Shown here: positions 50,765-64,000 of the stretch, in pieces
How the letters are laid out: every line of letters begins with the position of its first letter
How positions within the stretch are numbered: position 1 is the stretch's first letter
DNA from: Squalus acanthias
Taxonomy: Eukaryota
DNA: 64,000 nucleotides
Reading direction: 5' to 3'
Assembly: GCA_030390025.1 (NCBI GenBank)
Contig: CM059432.1
Span: 134,356,001 to 134,420,000 of the forward strand
Made by a program: the position numbers and the translations under genes
Notes under the pieces: generated by a model
The model's input: only the letters and a program-made list of their open reading frames with translations
Told to the model about the DNA's origin: nothing
The model's database searches: none

Positions 50765-50945
50765 CGGGTGTTGCCATTTTCTTCCATGTCAGTTCTCAAC
50801 TCTTGTGGGTAGTACACACACTGTTGAGCCTGGCTGCCACCTCCTGCCAGGCATGCTGTGCTCTGGAGAGGTTGCTCTGGAGTGGCAAGCCGGGAAACCT
50901 CCTTCGTACCCACCTCATGCAACAGCACCTCCATTTTGCCAACCA
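50765..50945 (-). mobile_element. Degenerate Myb/SANT-like (Harbinger-type) coding fragment
   Basis: Frameshifted KMEVLLHEV...HAWQEVAARLNSVCTTHKS*ELTWKK pattern. Confidence 0.55.
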
Positions 50946-52514
50946 TCTATTGCTCCATCACTTGCCCACAGATTCTGTTTCCTATTTCTGCATTTCTCCC
51001 ATATACTTTATGCTTCTGTCTTGTAAATCTCTGTGTTAGGAGTGCTAATTCATACAATATACCTCATGGTGTGAATTAGACTGAAAAGCTGAAGGTGAGA
51101 ATATCCCAGAAAATTGATGTAAATAAGCTGAATTCTTTATATCCATCAGTGTTTGGAATGGAACCTAATGGTTCTTGGATAAGAGTCTCAAGTACAGGAA
51201 ATGTATATAAGACCTAGGCTAAATTGGGTGGTCAGTTTGGGGTGGTGAGTGGGTGACAATGCAGGGATCTGTACTCTTCAAATGACTACCTATTTGAATG
51301 GAGTGTTGTCACCATAACTCTTAGAGTAGACCCATTTGAGATGAGGTCCAGTTCAGTCCAATCAGCTGTTACTAAAATCCTTAATTATGGTGTTCTACAG
51401 TGTGGGCATTAAATGTATTATACATTTCATTGTATGAAAAATGTTATTACGGACACCTTGGCAGAGAGCAGAATTCACTTGTATATAACTAGAGTCTTGT
51501 TCATCAGTCTCCTTTGTGCAGCAGAAACCCTGACAGATTGGATCACTGGCTCACAGAAAGTCCTCCGTGACACGTTTCCAGCTCATTGATGATTCTTCAC
51601 TGCCTTTTCTTTCCAGCTATGAAGTGAGTGTAGTTAATGTGCCTTTCGTATTTCTAAATCAAAATTCAGAATTGTGCCCACTGTTTCCTGATGGCACACA
51701 TTTCCTGACTATTAAGCTCTCAGCAGCCTGCTTCAATTTCCTCTAACCCTTTCAGTGCAAAATGTACCTTTTTTATATGGGCAGTTACAGCACACTTCCA
51801 GGGCTAAAAGAAGTTACAAGTCAAAATATATGTTTGAAATAAATTAAATATTTATTTTATGGGGGGGGGGGAAGTGACATTGCAATCAGTAAAACGATTA
51901 TTCCAGTTACATTCCTGAATGTGCCTTGCAGAAGTAGACAATGGCATATCATTGCAAATGAGAATAACCGTGTCCTGTGTAGGTGCGAGGAGGTAAGCTG
52001 TTCCACCTGAACAACCTCAAAATCTTTTCTTTTAAAAGCATCTGGCATAGCCACTTTTCTAATGGCAATTGATCGCTCTGTTATGGACCCCGCTTCCACC
52101 AGGATGATATTCTAGCAACACAAGTACACCTGCATCGTGTAGGCGTAGTTTGCTGAGGGGCAGAGGAGGTGCAAATGGTGGGACTTCTAGTGAGTGGTAT
52201 CATCCTGACCGTACTACTCCGATGTCAGCATGGTGGTGGGGGTTGTGGACACGAGAAGCATTCGCACCTTCGGAACTTTTCCGTGGCTTAAAAAAAAAAG
52301 ACGGAGAATTGGTCGAACCAAGTTCCTTCTCAAATTCCGCCCCTCTTCCTGCTCCCTCCGGCCCAATAATATCATACCCATTATTTTCAAATGTAATTTT
52401 GGCCTATGTAAACAGTAATCATTGTTAAAATTTCAAAAGGCATTAACTTTGATCACAGAAGTCACTTAAAGGTTTTCAAGTTGCTTCCAAAGTGCTTTTC
52501 CTGGTGTCTGCTGA

Positions 52515-54325
52515 ATCTAGTATTTTTGGATTTCCAAAAAACCTTTGATGAAGGTACGGCATAGTAGACTCATACCCAAGGTCAGAACATGTGGAGTCAG
52601 GAGACACGTAGCAGAATGGATAGCAAACTGGCTACAAAACAGAAAATAGAGTGTAGGGGTTAAAGGTATTTACTCAGATTGGGAAGTGGTGTTCCATAAG
52701 GATCGGTGCTGGGACCACTATTGTTCACCGTTTACATAAATGATTTGGACTCTGGAATCAGAAGCACAATTTCAAAATTTGTGGATGACACCAAATTTGG
52801 GGAGGGTGTAGTTAATGCAGAGGAGGACTGTAGAAAAATACAGGAAGACATTAATAAACTTGAAGAATGGGCATGTAATTGACAAATGAACTTCAATATA
52901 GATAAGTGCAAGGTAATACATTTTGGTAGGAAGAATAAGGAGGTCACATATTCCTTGGAAAGTAAGTGTCTAATTCATAGATTAGTACAGCACAGAAGAC
53001 GACCATTTGGCCCATCGAGTCTGCGCCGGCTCTTTAAGAGCAATCCAGTTAGTCCCACAGCCCTGCAATTTTTTTCTCCTTCAAGTATTTATCCAATTCC
53101 CTTTTGAAAGCTACTATTGAATCTGTATCCACCACCCTATCAGACAGTGCATTCCAAATCCTAACCACTTGTTGCATTAAAAAAAGCTTTTCCTCATGTC
53201 ATAGAATCATGGAATAGTACAGCACAGAAGGAGACCATTCGGCCCATCGAGTCTGTCACCTCTGGTTCTTTGGCCAATCACCTTAAATCTGTGCCCTCTT
53301 GTTATTAACCCTTCAGCCATTGGAAACAGTTTCTCTTTATTTACTCCATTTAAACTGGCCATGATTTTAAACATCCCTATCAAATCTCCTCTTAGCCTTC
53401 TCTGCTCTAAGGGAAGCAACCCCAGCTTCTCCAGTTTATCCATGTAACTGTATTTCCCCCATCCCTTGATCCATTCTAGTAAATCTCTTCTGCACCCTCT
53501 CCAAAGCATTCACGTCCTTCCTAAAATGTGGTGCCCAGAATTGGACACAATACTCCAGCTGGGGCTGAAGTAATGTTTTATATAGGTTTAGCATAACGTC
53601 CTGGCTTTTGTACTATATGCCTCTATTTATAAAGTCCAGGATCCCATATGCTTTATTAACTGTGTTGTTAACCTGTCCTGCCACTTTCAAAGATTTTGTG
53701 CACAAATATCCCCAGGTGTCTGTTCTTGCACCCCCTTTAAAATTGTACCATATAGCATGTATTGTCTCCTCATTCTTCCTACCAAATGTATCACCTCAAA
53801 TGTATAAGAAATGCGGTAGAGGAACAAAGGATATGGAAGCACTGGAGAAGGTGTAGAAACGGTTTACTAGAATGATACCAGAACTGAGACTTTATACCTA
53901 TCGGGAAAGATTGAACAGGCTGTGGCTCTTTTCTCTAGAAAAGAAAAGACTGAGGGGTGACCTGATAGAGGTCTTCAAGATTATGAAACGGTTTGATAGG
54001 ATAGACGTAAAGAAGATGTTTCCACTTGGGGGCAAGACCAGAACTAGGGGCCATAAATATAAGATAGTCACTGATTAATCCAATAGGGAATTCAGGAGAA
54101 ACTTCTTTACCCGAGAGTGGTTCGAATGTGGAACTCGCTACCACAGGGAGTTGAGGTGAATAGCAGAGATGCATTCAAGGAGAAGCTAGATAAACACGAG
54201 GGAGAAAAGAATAGAGGGATATGCTGATGGGGTTAGATGAAAAGGGGTGAGAGGAGGCTCGTGTGGAGCATAAACACCAGCATGGACCTGTTGGGCCGAA
54301 TGGCCTGTTTCTGTGCTGTTAATAC
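52515..54325 (+). mobile_element. CR1 RT fragment with nested antisense CR1 pieces (about 52975-53800)
   Basis: Plus-strand RT motifs stop near 52972 and resume near 53830. The inner region reads as CR1 3' ends on the minus strand. Confidence 0.85.
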
Positions 54326-55869
54326 TTTGTAACTTTGGAGTGTAGACTCCTTTGTATCTATATTTTTATTTTTACATATACATTTGCTGCTTCTGCATGT
54401 TTGTCCAATCTTTTCATCTTAGTTAAATGGACTATTGTCATTTCACAGCTCAAAAGTTCAGTTTCAGTACAGCACAGAGGTCATCTATCAGTTCCTTTCT
54501 TCTCTTCTCTCTTCCCCACCCCCCTTCTGGTCTGTCCCCAAGCAAAAATGGGTTCTGCACCATTATATCTAGCTGCTATTTGACTCTTTAGCCAGAATTC
54601 TGGTGACTCGAGATGCTGCAAACGTAACATGAGGATGTTAGTTTGCATACTGTATATTACTGTAAGTACTTTTAATTGCTGTTTATCATATCACTAAGTA
54701 CCTTGCACTAAAATTTTAAGTTTTCATAGTTCTATGACAGTAAATTACATTATTAGTATTTTTGTTTGTATTGTTAGTCAAATCAAGGTGTATATTTTCC
54801 TCTGTGGATAAACAAAGATTTTTTTAAATAAACTGTCATTATAAATAAGGGAAAAATATATGGCACTGCAAGGCAAGAGCAACCTTTAACTAAGCACAGT
54901 TTGGATGCTGGCGTTCCTCCAGCGGATACTACCAAGAATAATTGGCACACCTGAGACTGAGGTACTCAAATAGTTTTCAGCTATCAAGTTGCTCATGACA
55001 ACCTTTGACAGGGTGTTGCTGAGTACATTTTAAACTATCTATGAAAGACCCAGAGAGTAACAGAAAGAAAAAGCCTGAAGCACCGTTGATAAATTTCTTT
55101 AGGTTCTGTTTGCCGTTTAAGCTGGAACAATACAAGCCTGGGCAGAAGCTATCATTGTCACTTTACGGGTTTTATCTGACTTTAATATTTCAGTTAAGTT
55201 TTTTTTGGCAGTTTTCTCTTTCCCTGCGGGTAAGTATCCAGCCTCCTTCCTGCTAAGATGACGATTCATTGTGGAGATCATGAGTGTAAAGCCATATCCC
55301 ATCATTTTATAACGCAGCATATTAAAACATCAGGGTACTGAGTCACCACTACACTTTGCTGATGATGACCGCCTACCACTGTCCAACTTGTGCTATGTAA
55401 AAATCAACATTCTTCTTGATTAGTGAGAAGTTTTCAAAACTTTATGCATGTTTAATTTGGCTCTTGCTTATATTCACTTTTATGGCAAAAGAATGACCAT
55501 ATCATTCTTTCGCCATAATTTTCTGTACTTTTGCTCATCAAAGCAAGGGATGTCAATAGTGGGGAATGGAATGTTTACTGCTCTCAGGCATAGGTGTTAA
55601 CATGAAGCATTTCTATATTGGGTATAGTACAGCCAGCTGCATTCTCTGGGTAAAGAAGTTTCTTCTGAATTCCCTATTGGATTTCTTGGTGACTATCTTA
55701 TATTGATGGCCTCTAGTTTTGCTCTTCCCCACAATTGGAAACACTCTCTGTATCTACTCTATCAAAGCCTTTTTAAAGACCTCTATTAGGCCACCCATCA
55801 GCCTGTACTAGTTTGCATCTTTTCATCTCCCACACTGAATTTTACGGCGTGTAACCCAACTGTCCCCTT

Positions 55870-56320
55870 ATACCCTTGCCCTTGCCACCCTCACCTCCAA
55901 CAACAAGTGTGAGGAGGTCATGGACTTTGTCACCGAGACCATCTGTTCAGCTGCCTCTGCCCCATTCCCTCCTTCCACTTGCCCACCGAACCAAACCACT
56001 CCCTCCTTAACTGTGAACCTGCATCTTTCTCTAGAGTTTTTCCTATCCTCACTCATGCCCTTTTTGAGCTCATCTTGTCCAAGAGACCCACCTCCTGCTC
56101 CCTTGACCGCCATTCCCACTAAACTGCTGACTACCCAACTTTCCTCCTAGCCCTCATGCTAGCTGACATTATGAATGGTTCCTTCTCCTCGGGTACTGTC
56201 CCCTTCCCTTTCAAAACCACCATCATCACACCACCTCCCCTCAAAAACCCCCCTCTCAATGCCTTTGCCCTTGCAAACTACTGCCCCATCTCCAAACTCC
56301 CTTCTCCAAACTTCTTGAAT
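55870..56320 (+). mobile_element. L2 LINE fragment
   Basis: Homologous to 17520-17990 (LADIMNGSFSSGTVP.PFKT.IITP). Confidence 0.75.
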
Positions 56321-56359
56321 GTATTTTTGTGCTTTGTAGTGGTACAAGGGAACTAAAAA

Positions 56360-57640
56360 TGAAGTGGAGGAACATAGTAGATTTAATATAAGTAAAATAT
56401 GCGGGTGGAGAAAATAATGGCACTTAAGATAGACAAATCTCCACGAACTGCTGCTTTCCACACCTAGGCATTAAAAGTGAGGAAATGGCAAATGTGCTAG
56501 TCTTAATGTTCCCCTTGACATTCAGGAATTGTGCCTATGGATTGGAAAATTGCAAATATCACTTATTTAAGAATGAAAGAAGGAGGAAGAAACCAGGTAA
56601 CTACAGACTTGTCAGTTTAACATTAGTTGTGGGAAGTTACTGGAATAATCATCAGGGACAGAATGACTGAGCACTTGGACAAGTATGAGCTGGTCAGAGG
56701 GTAGGTCGTGTCTGACGAATTCAGTTGAATATTTTGAGGAGATCGCTGGCATGGTGAATAGGGGAGTGCCTATGGATGTTATCTATATGGACTTCCAGAA
56801 GGCATTTGATATGGTTTTGCACAAGAGATTATTAGGAATAATGAAAGCGCATGTAATTAGAGGTAACCATGTGACATGGGTTGGTAATTGATTGGGAGGT
56901 AGGAAACAGAGTACGGATAAAGGGAACCTCTGATTGGAAGGATGTGACAAGTGGTGTTCCTCAGGGATCTGTACTGGGTCTTCGGCTTTTCACCACATAT
57001 ATTCAGGACTTGGTTGAAGGAATAGAGAGGTGTATATCCAAGTTTTGAGATGACAGTAAGTTAGGCGACATAATAAGTTGTGTGGATGGAAACAGGAGGT
57101 TAGAAAAGGGACATAGATTACATGAGTGGGCAAAACTATGGCATTCATAGTTCGATGTGGCAGCTTTGGATCCGAGAAAGATACATTTTCTTAATAGACT
57201 AGGAGTGTGGAGGATCAAAGGGATTTAGGTGTCCATGCACACACATCACTAAAAGCTAGTGCACAAGTATAAAAACTGATCAAAAAGGCTAATGGAATCT
57301 TGGCCTTTATCTCAAGGGGGTTGGAATACAAAAGTGAGAAAGTGTTGCTTCAGTTGTACAGCGCCTTGGTCAGATCCCATCTGGAGCATTGCATTCAGTT
57401 TTGGGCATCACAGCTCAGGAAAGCTGTATTGGCTTTGGAGGGAATGCAATGCAGCATCACTAGAATGATACTAGGACTAATGGGATTAAATTGACCAAAC
57501 TTGATTTGTATTCCCTTGTGTTTAGAAGGTTGAAGGGTGATCCAATCAAGGTGTTGAAAATGATAAAGGGATTCGATAGGGTAGATACAGTGAAACTATT
57601 TCCTCTGATGGGGAATCCAGAACAAGGGGATATGATCGAA
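56360..57640 (+). mobile_element. CR1 LINE fragment, heavily degenerate
   Basis: PGNYRLVSLT, DVIYMDFQKAFD, LYSALVRSHLEHC motifs. Confidence 0.88.
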
Positions 57641-57869
57641 TAGAATGGTGGAACAAATCTGGCTTCTTGTGCATCCCCAATCTTCGCCCCACTATCGGCG
57701 GCTTTGCCTTCAGCTGTTTAGACCCTATTCTCTGAATTTCTCTCCCTGAACCTCTCTGCCTCTCCCACCCCACTCTCCTCCTTTTTAAAAGCCGCCTCTT
57801 TGATCAAGCTTTGTCAAACATTTTAATATCTCCTCCTTTGGCTTGGCGTTAATTATTGCCAGATTGCGC

Positions 57870-59220
57870 TTAGGCCAGTCAGTTTAACCTCTGTAGTGGG
57901 GAAGCTTTTAGAAATAATAATCAGGGTCAAAATTAACAGTCACTTGGACATGTGTGGATTAATTAAGGAAAGCCAGCACGGATTTGTTAAAGGCAAATCG
58001 TGTTTAACCAACTTGATCGAGATTTTTGATGAGCTAACAGAGAGGGTTGATGAGGGCAATGGGGTTGATGTGGTGTACATGGATTTCGAAAAGGTGTTCG
58101 ACAAAGTACCACATAATAGGCTTGCCAGCAAAGTTGAAGCCCATGGAATAAAAGGGACAGTGGCAGCATGGATACAAAATTGGCTAAGTGACAGGAAACC
58201 GAGAGTAATGGTGAACGGTTGTTTTTCGGACTGGAGGAAGGTATACAGTGGTGTTCCCCAGGGGCCGGTTCTTGATATATATTAATGACTTGGATGTGGG
58301 TGTACAGGGCACAATTTCAAAATCTGCAGATGGCACAAAACTTGGAAGTATAGTGAACAGTGAGGAGGATAGTGATGGACTTCAAGAGGACATAGACAGG
58401 CTGGTGGAATGGGCGGACACGTGGCAGATGAAATTTAATGCAGAAAAGTGTGAAGTGATGCATTTTGGTAGAAAGAATGAAGAGATGAAATATATACTAA
58501 AGGGTACAATCCTAAAGGGGGTGCATGAACAGAGAGACCTGGGGGTATATGTGCACAAATCGTTGAAGGTGGCAGGGCAGGTTGAGAAAGCAGTTAAAAA
58601 AGCTTACGGGATCCTAGGCTTCATGAATAGAGGTATAGAGTACGAAAGCGTGGAAATTGTGATGAACCTGTATAAAACACTGGTTCGTCCTCAACTGGAG
58701 TATTGTGTCCAATTCCGGGCACTGCACTTCAGGAAGGATGTGAAGGCCTTAGAGAGGGTGCAGAAAAGATTTACGAGAATGATTCCAGGGATGAGGGACT
58801 TCAGTTACGTGGATTGACTGGAGAAGCTGGGGTTGTTCTCTTTAGAGCAGAGAAGATTGAGAAGAGATTTGTTAGAGATGTTCAAAATCATGAGGGGTCT
58901 GGACAGAGTAGAGAGAAACTGCTCCCATTGGCGGAAGGGTTGAGAACCAGAGGACACAGATTAAGGTGATTGGCAGAAGAACCAAAGACGACATGAGGAG
59001 AAACTTTTTTAGGATCTGAAATACACTGCCTGAAACTGTGGTGGAGGCAGACTCGATCACGGTTTTCAAAAGGGAATTGGATAAGTACCTGAAGGAAAAT
59101 AATTTGCAGAGCCATGGGGAAAGCACGGGGGAGTGGAACTAGCTGAAGTGCTTTTGCAGAGAGCCGGCACGGACTTGACGGGGCCGAATGGCTGCCTTCC
59201 GTGCTGTAATGATTCTATGA
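57870..59220 (+). mobile_element. CR1 LINE, 5'-truncated
   Basis: SQHGFVKGKSCLTNL, GVPQG, YKTLVRPQLEYCVQF and 3' tail gattctatga. Confidence 0.93.
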
Positions 59221-59548
59221 TAGGTGCGAAATAACTGCAAGTTGTTGTCGAGAGTGCAAATTCAGTGCCGAGTCAAGACTTCATATTTTGTAGAAGTCGG
59301 GTGGTACCAGGATCTGTGACTGATCTCCCTTTAGAGAATTTAACAAAATTGATACTACTTTCAATGTCCTGTATACTAATCGGTAAAAGGGGAGGAGGAA
59401 AAATAGGGAGCAAGAGAACACTTCCAGTAGCCGAGATAATGCCATTCCAGTAAGCAGGAAAAATAACAAAGTGAGATACACACTTGCGTGCCTATTTAAC
59501 AATTGGCTGTGACAAATGTGTTATAATTTTTAATTTATGATCCTGTAA

Positions 59549-59833
<285 letters not shown>

Positions 59834-59864
59834 TAAGAGGGCTCATGTAATAAGATCTTTATGG

Positions 59865-60390
59865 AAAGAAAGAACTTCTATTTATCATGTCCGCAACCAG
59901 TTCATTACTTTTTGAAGTGCAGGCTAAAGCAGCAGCCAATTTCTGCATAGCATGGCCCAACAAACAGTGATGAATGATGATTTAAACTGCTTTTGATAAT
60001 ATTGGTTGAGGGGTGAATGTTGGTCAGGACTAATGTTCCCCCTAATTTTTTTTGGGTGCGCGGTCCTTTAACGGGCTGCACGGCCCATTCAAAATTTTGC
60101 ACATGCACAAAATCTCCCATTGAAAAGCCGGTAAGTGGTCTGCGCGGGGCGCAGCTTAACGGGAATGTTGGTCAGGATACCAGAAGAATTCCCTGCTCCT
60201 CTTACTTCCACCTAAGCTGGTAGACAGGGCCTCAATTTAACATCTCATTTGGAAGATGGCACCTCGAACAATGTGGCACTCCATCAGTACTGCACTGAAG
60301 TGTCAGCCTAGATTATGAAGCTCAAGTCCGAGAGTGGGGTTTGAAAACACACTATTCAGAAGTCAAAGGTGTGAGTGTTACCAATAGAGT
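59865..60390 (-). mobile_element. Older DeuSINE copy interrupted by a small MITE
   Basis: Diverged but colinear with the other SINE copies. Confidence 0.75.
60031..60170. mobile_element. Small hAT-like MITE (family of 36971)
   Basis: TAATGTTCCC / GGGAATGTTG termini, 8-bp TSD GTCAGGA(C/T). Confidence 0.75.
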
Positions 60391-60678
60391 GAAGCAACTT
60401 TATAAAGTTTTAACTAATAACAATTTAAAGCAATATATACTGCCTTATGATTAAGGCTGCTAATAGTTCAAGTGGTGGACAGATCCTGTTGGATCCCAAT
60501 ATCCAACATCTTTCCTTTTTGAAAAATATCTCTCTCACTTCTACATTTTCAAACCAATCTAATCAAGATTTTTTTTTTAGTGCACAAGACAAAGTCAGGA
60601 ATGAGAAAAGATGATTTAGCCCATCAAAACTTAACCCTCTATTATCTCAGTGCTCTTCTCTTAGCATTCAATTATATT

Positions 60679-61402
60679 GGGCCGTATATTCCGATGCCTG
60701 CGGGCTGTGTACACACCCGTAGGGACATCGGAAATGCCGGTTTCAGGCATGCGCTGAAAACCGGCATTTCCGATCTGTCAAGAATGTTCTTGACAGATCG
60801 TACGCCTGCCCTGGAGAAGGGCCTCTGCGGGGGGAGAGTTCCGCTTTCTGGAGAACCTCCGCCCGCAGAAAACCCTTAGAAATCTTACGCCTGGTAAAAG
60901 CAGGCGTAAGGCCTGCTTTTACCAGCACAAGAGTTGAAAAATTTTTTTTTTTTAATTTTTTTCACTCATTTATAATTTAAAAATACTTTTAAAAAAGGTA
61001 AGTTTATTTTTAGCCCCGTAAAAAAACTTTAATTTTTTTCGAAAAATTAAATTTTTGTTTAAAATATTTAATTTATTGTAATTTTAACTCATTTTAAAAA
61101 CGTGATGGTTTTTTAAAATTTATTCAATGTTTTACTGTGTTTTGGGGGTGATCTCCATTCAGACACTTGACAGTTAGACCTATCAAATATATGAAGGGAG
61201 ATTCCTTTCTCCTATTGGCTCCCCATGGCCCACGTGATCCTAGGGACGCTTGCGCACTGCCTGCGCCTCTGGGATACCTGGGCCCTGCACACTTGGAGTT
61301 TGGTGAGGCCCAGGATTGGAAGTGTAGGCTCCTTGGGAGCCCTCAGGTAAGTTTGTAGATTTTTTTTCCAGATTGGAGGCCTCCGATCGGAAAATACAGG
61401 CC
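60679..61402. mobile_element. MITE family A copy 5
   Basis: TIRs GGGCCGTATATTCCGAT / ATCGGAAAATACAGGCC with ATT on both flanks. Confidence 0.88.
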
Positions 61403-61789
61403 ATTTTGTACCTTCCCCAGTGTTTTTTCTCTCTACTATCGTGCTTTGCAGATTATTCCAAATATTTATCGTCATTTGATTTCTTCCCGATAGAATTTAA
61501 AGGTACTTTCTACTCAGTTCCATTTATATCCTCTTGTTCTAGTTTACTGGCTTTACTCAAAGTACTGTTATCTTGCCTATACCATTTTAATAACTTATGT
61601 ACTTCAATAAGGTAACCTCTTAAATGTTTTCTTTCCAAATTGTAAAGCTTGAACTCCTTTTTAATATTTTTTCATAACCTATCCCTATTACTTTTGGGAT
61701 CAGTCTTCTTGCTAATCTCTCTGCTCTTTTCTGATGCGTGTATATGTTTCCTGAGGCACTGTGACCAGAACTGAACACAGTACTCCAAG

Positions 61790-63795
61790 GAAATGGCAGA
61801 GCAATTAAACAAATACTTTGGTTCTATCTTCACGGAAGAGGACACAAATAACTTCCCAGAAATGCTAGGGAACCAAGGGTCTAGTGAGAAGGAGGAATTA
61901 AAGGAAATTAGTATTAGTAAAAAAATAGCGCTGGAGAAATTAATGGGACTGAAAGCTGATAAATCCCCAGGGCCTGATAATATACATCCCAGAGTACTAA
62001 AAGAGGTAGCCATGGAAATAGTGGATGCATTGGTTGTCATCTTCCAAAATTCTATAGATTATGGAACAGTTCCTGCAGATTGGAGGGTGGCAAATGTAAC
62101 CCCACTATTTAAAAAAGGAGGGAGAGAGAAAACAGGGAACTACAGACCGGTTAGCCTAACATCAATAGTAGGGAAAATGCTAGAGTCTATTATAAAGGAT
62201 GTGATTACAGGACACTTGGAAAATATCAACGGGATTAGACAAAGTCAACATGGATTTATGAAAGGGAAATCGTGTTTGACAAACCTACTGGAGTTTTTTG
62301 AGGATGTAACTGGTAGAATAGATAAGGGAGAACCAGTGGATGTGTGGTGTATTTGGATCTTCAGAAGGCCTTTGATAAAGTCGCACATAAGAGGTTAGTG
62401 TGCAAAATTAAAGCACATGGGATTGGGGGTAATATACTGGCATGGATTGAAAATTGGTTAACAGACAGGAAACAGAGAGTAGGAATAAACGAATTGAGAC
62501 TACAGTTATATTTTTGGGGTTTTACATTAGATATACTACTTGGGTTCAGTGCCAATGACTAACTCCATAAACAGACCTCATTGCCCCTGTGAATCGAGGT
62601 GTATCTTTTATCTGCCCAATATCCAAGTAAATTAGCAAGACCTTGAGATCAAACCAGGAATTTTTGCCACTGTATTCTGGTTTATTGGATTATTTGCTGC
62701 CACTGCCATTGTCTGTGGTAGGTGGATGGATATACCGTCTATCAGGCTGCAGCTCGGACTCTGGGTGGCAGGCGGTGACTAGCGGGGTACCGCAGGGATC
62801 AGTGCTTGGGCCCCAGCTATTCACAATATATGTCAATGATTTGGATGAGGGAACCAAATATAATATTTCCAAGTTTGCTGACGACACGAAATGAGGAGGG
62901 ATTGTAAGTTGTGAGGAGGATGCAAAGAGGCTTCAAGGCAATTTAGGCAAGTTGAGTGAGTGGGCAAATACATGGCAGATGCAGTATAAAGTGGATAAAT
63001 GTGAAATTATCCACTTCGGTAGGAAAAACAGAGACAGTATTATTTAAATGGTGATAGATTGGGTAATGTTGATGTACAAAGGGACCTGGGTGTCCTTGTA
63101 CACCAGTCACTGAAAGCAAACATGCAGGTGCAGCAAGCAGTTAGGAAGGCAAATGGTATGTTGGCCTTCATTGCAAGAGGATTTGAGTACAGGAGCAAGG
63201 ATATCTTACTACAGTTTTACAGGGCCTTGGTGAGACCACACCTGGAGTACTGTGTGCAGTTTTGGTCTCCTTACCTAAGAAAGGATATACTTGCCATAGA
63301 GGGAGTGCAGCGAAGGTTCACCAGACTGATTCCTGGGATGGCAGGACTGTCGTATGAGGAGAGATTGGGTCGACTAGGCCTGTATTCACTAGAGTTTAGA
63401 AGAATGAGAGGGGATCTCATTGAAACGTATAAAATTCTGACAGGGCTGGACAGACTGGATGCAGGGAGGATGTTTCCCCTGGCTGGGGGGGTCTAGAACG
63501 AGGGGTCACAATATCAGGATACGGGGTAGGACATTTAGGACTGAGATGAGGAGAAATTTCTTCACTCAGAGGGTGGTGAGCCTGTGGAGTTCTCTACCAC
63601 AGAAGGCTGTGGAGGCCAAGTCACTGAATATATTTAAGAAGGAGATAGATAGATTTCTAGACACAAAAGGCATCAAGGGGTGTGGGGAGAGCGTGGGAAT
63701 ATGGTATTGAGATAGAGGATCAGCCATGATATTGAATGGCGGAGCAGGCTCGAAGGGCCGAATGGCCTACTCCTGCTCCTATTTTTCGATGTTTC
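61790..63795 (+). mobile_element. CR1 LINE RT region plus 3' UTR with a foreign insert at about 62491-62757
   Basis: [41 protein letters not shown] and RPHLEYCVQFWSP motifs. Confidence 0.93.
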
Positions 63796-64000
63796 TATGC
63801 TTCTAGTGCATTCATGGATCAAATTTGGCATCTGTTGAAGCTGTTTCAGCTTTCAGCAATGAGAAACTTGTGGCGTGTAACTCGTGTGTTAATGCCTGAA
63901 CTGACTCCAAAGCGAATCGAGACTATGGTTATATTTTTGGGGTTTTACATTAGATATACTACTTGGGTTCAGTGCCAATGACTAACTCCATAAACAGACC

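Noticed and set aside
61793..63496. RT-like ORFs as host genes or an active retroelement
   Set aside because: Frameshifted, truncated CR1 fragments; no intact ORF2 anywhere in the window.

Overview
Repeat-dense vertebrate genomic DNA. The repeat inventory (DeuSINE/SacSINE1-type SINEs, CR1, L2, Penelope) points to a cartilaginous fish. The main gene is SLC66A2/PQLC1 on the + strand: a CpG-rich promoter and probable first exon near 20.4-20.5 kb, then coding exons at 31868-32076, 37599-37732, 40373-40417 and 59616-59832. Its last exon lies beyond the window. On the - strand at 2.4-4.7 kb are pieces of a divergently oriented HSBP1-family gene (probably HSBP1L1 by synteny). It keeps a clear AT-AC minor-spliceosome intron, but I cannot reconstruct a full ORF. 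The rest is nested mobile DNA: CR1, L2 and RTE LINE fragments, SINEs, Penelope-like elements with minimal hammerhead ribozyme motifs, Harbinger-like MITEs and Myb/SANT remnants, hAT-like MITEs and two purine-rich minisatellites. The most notable observations are a family of very short TSD-flanked hammerhead-bearing retroelements with a compensatory stem change, the AT-AC intron with a 21-nt micro-exon, a spliced 71-codon uORF in the SLC66A2 leader, and a promoter-like region resembling the core of a MITE family. All family names come from recalled consensus features, not database searches.
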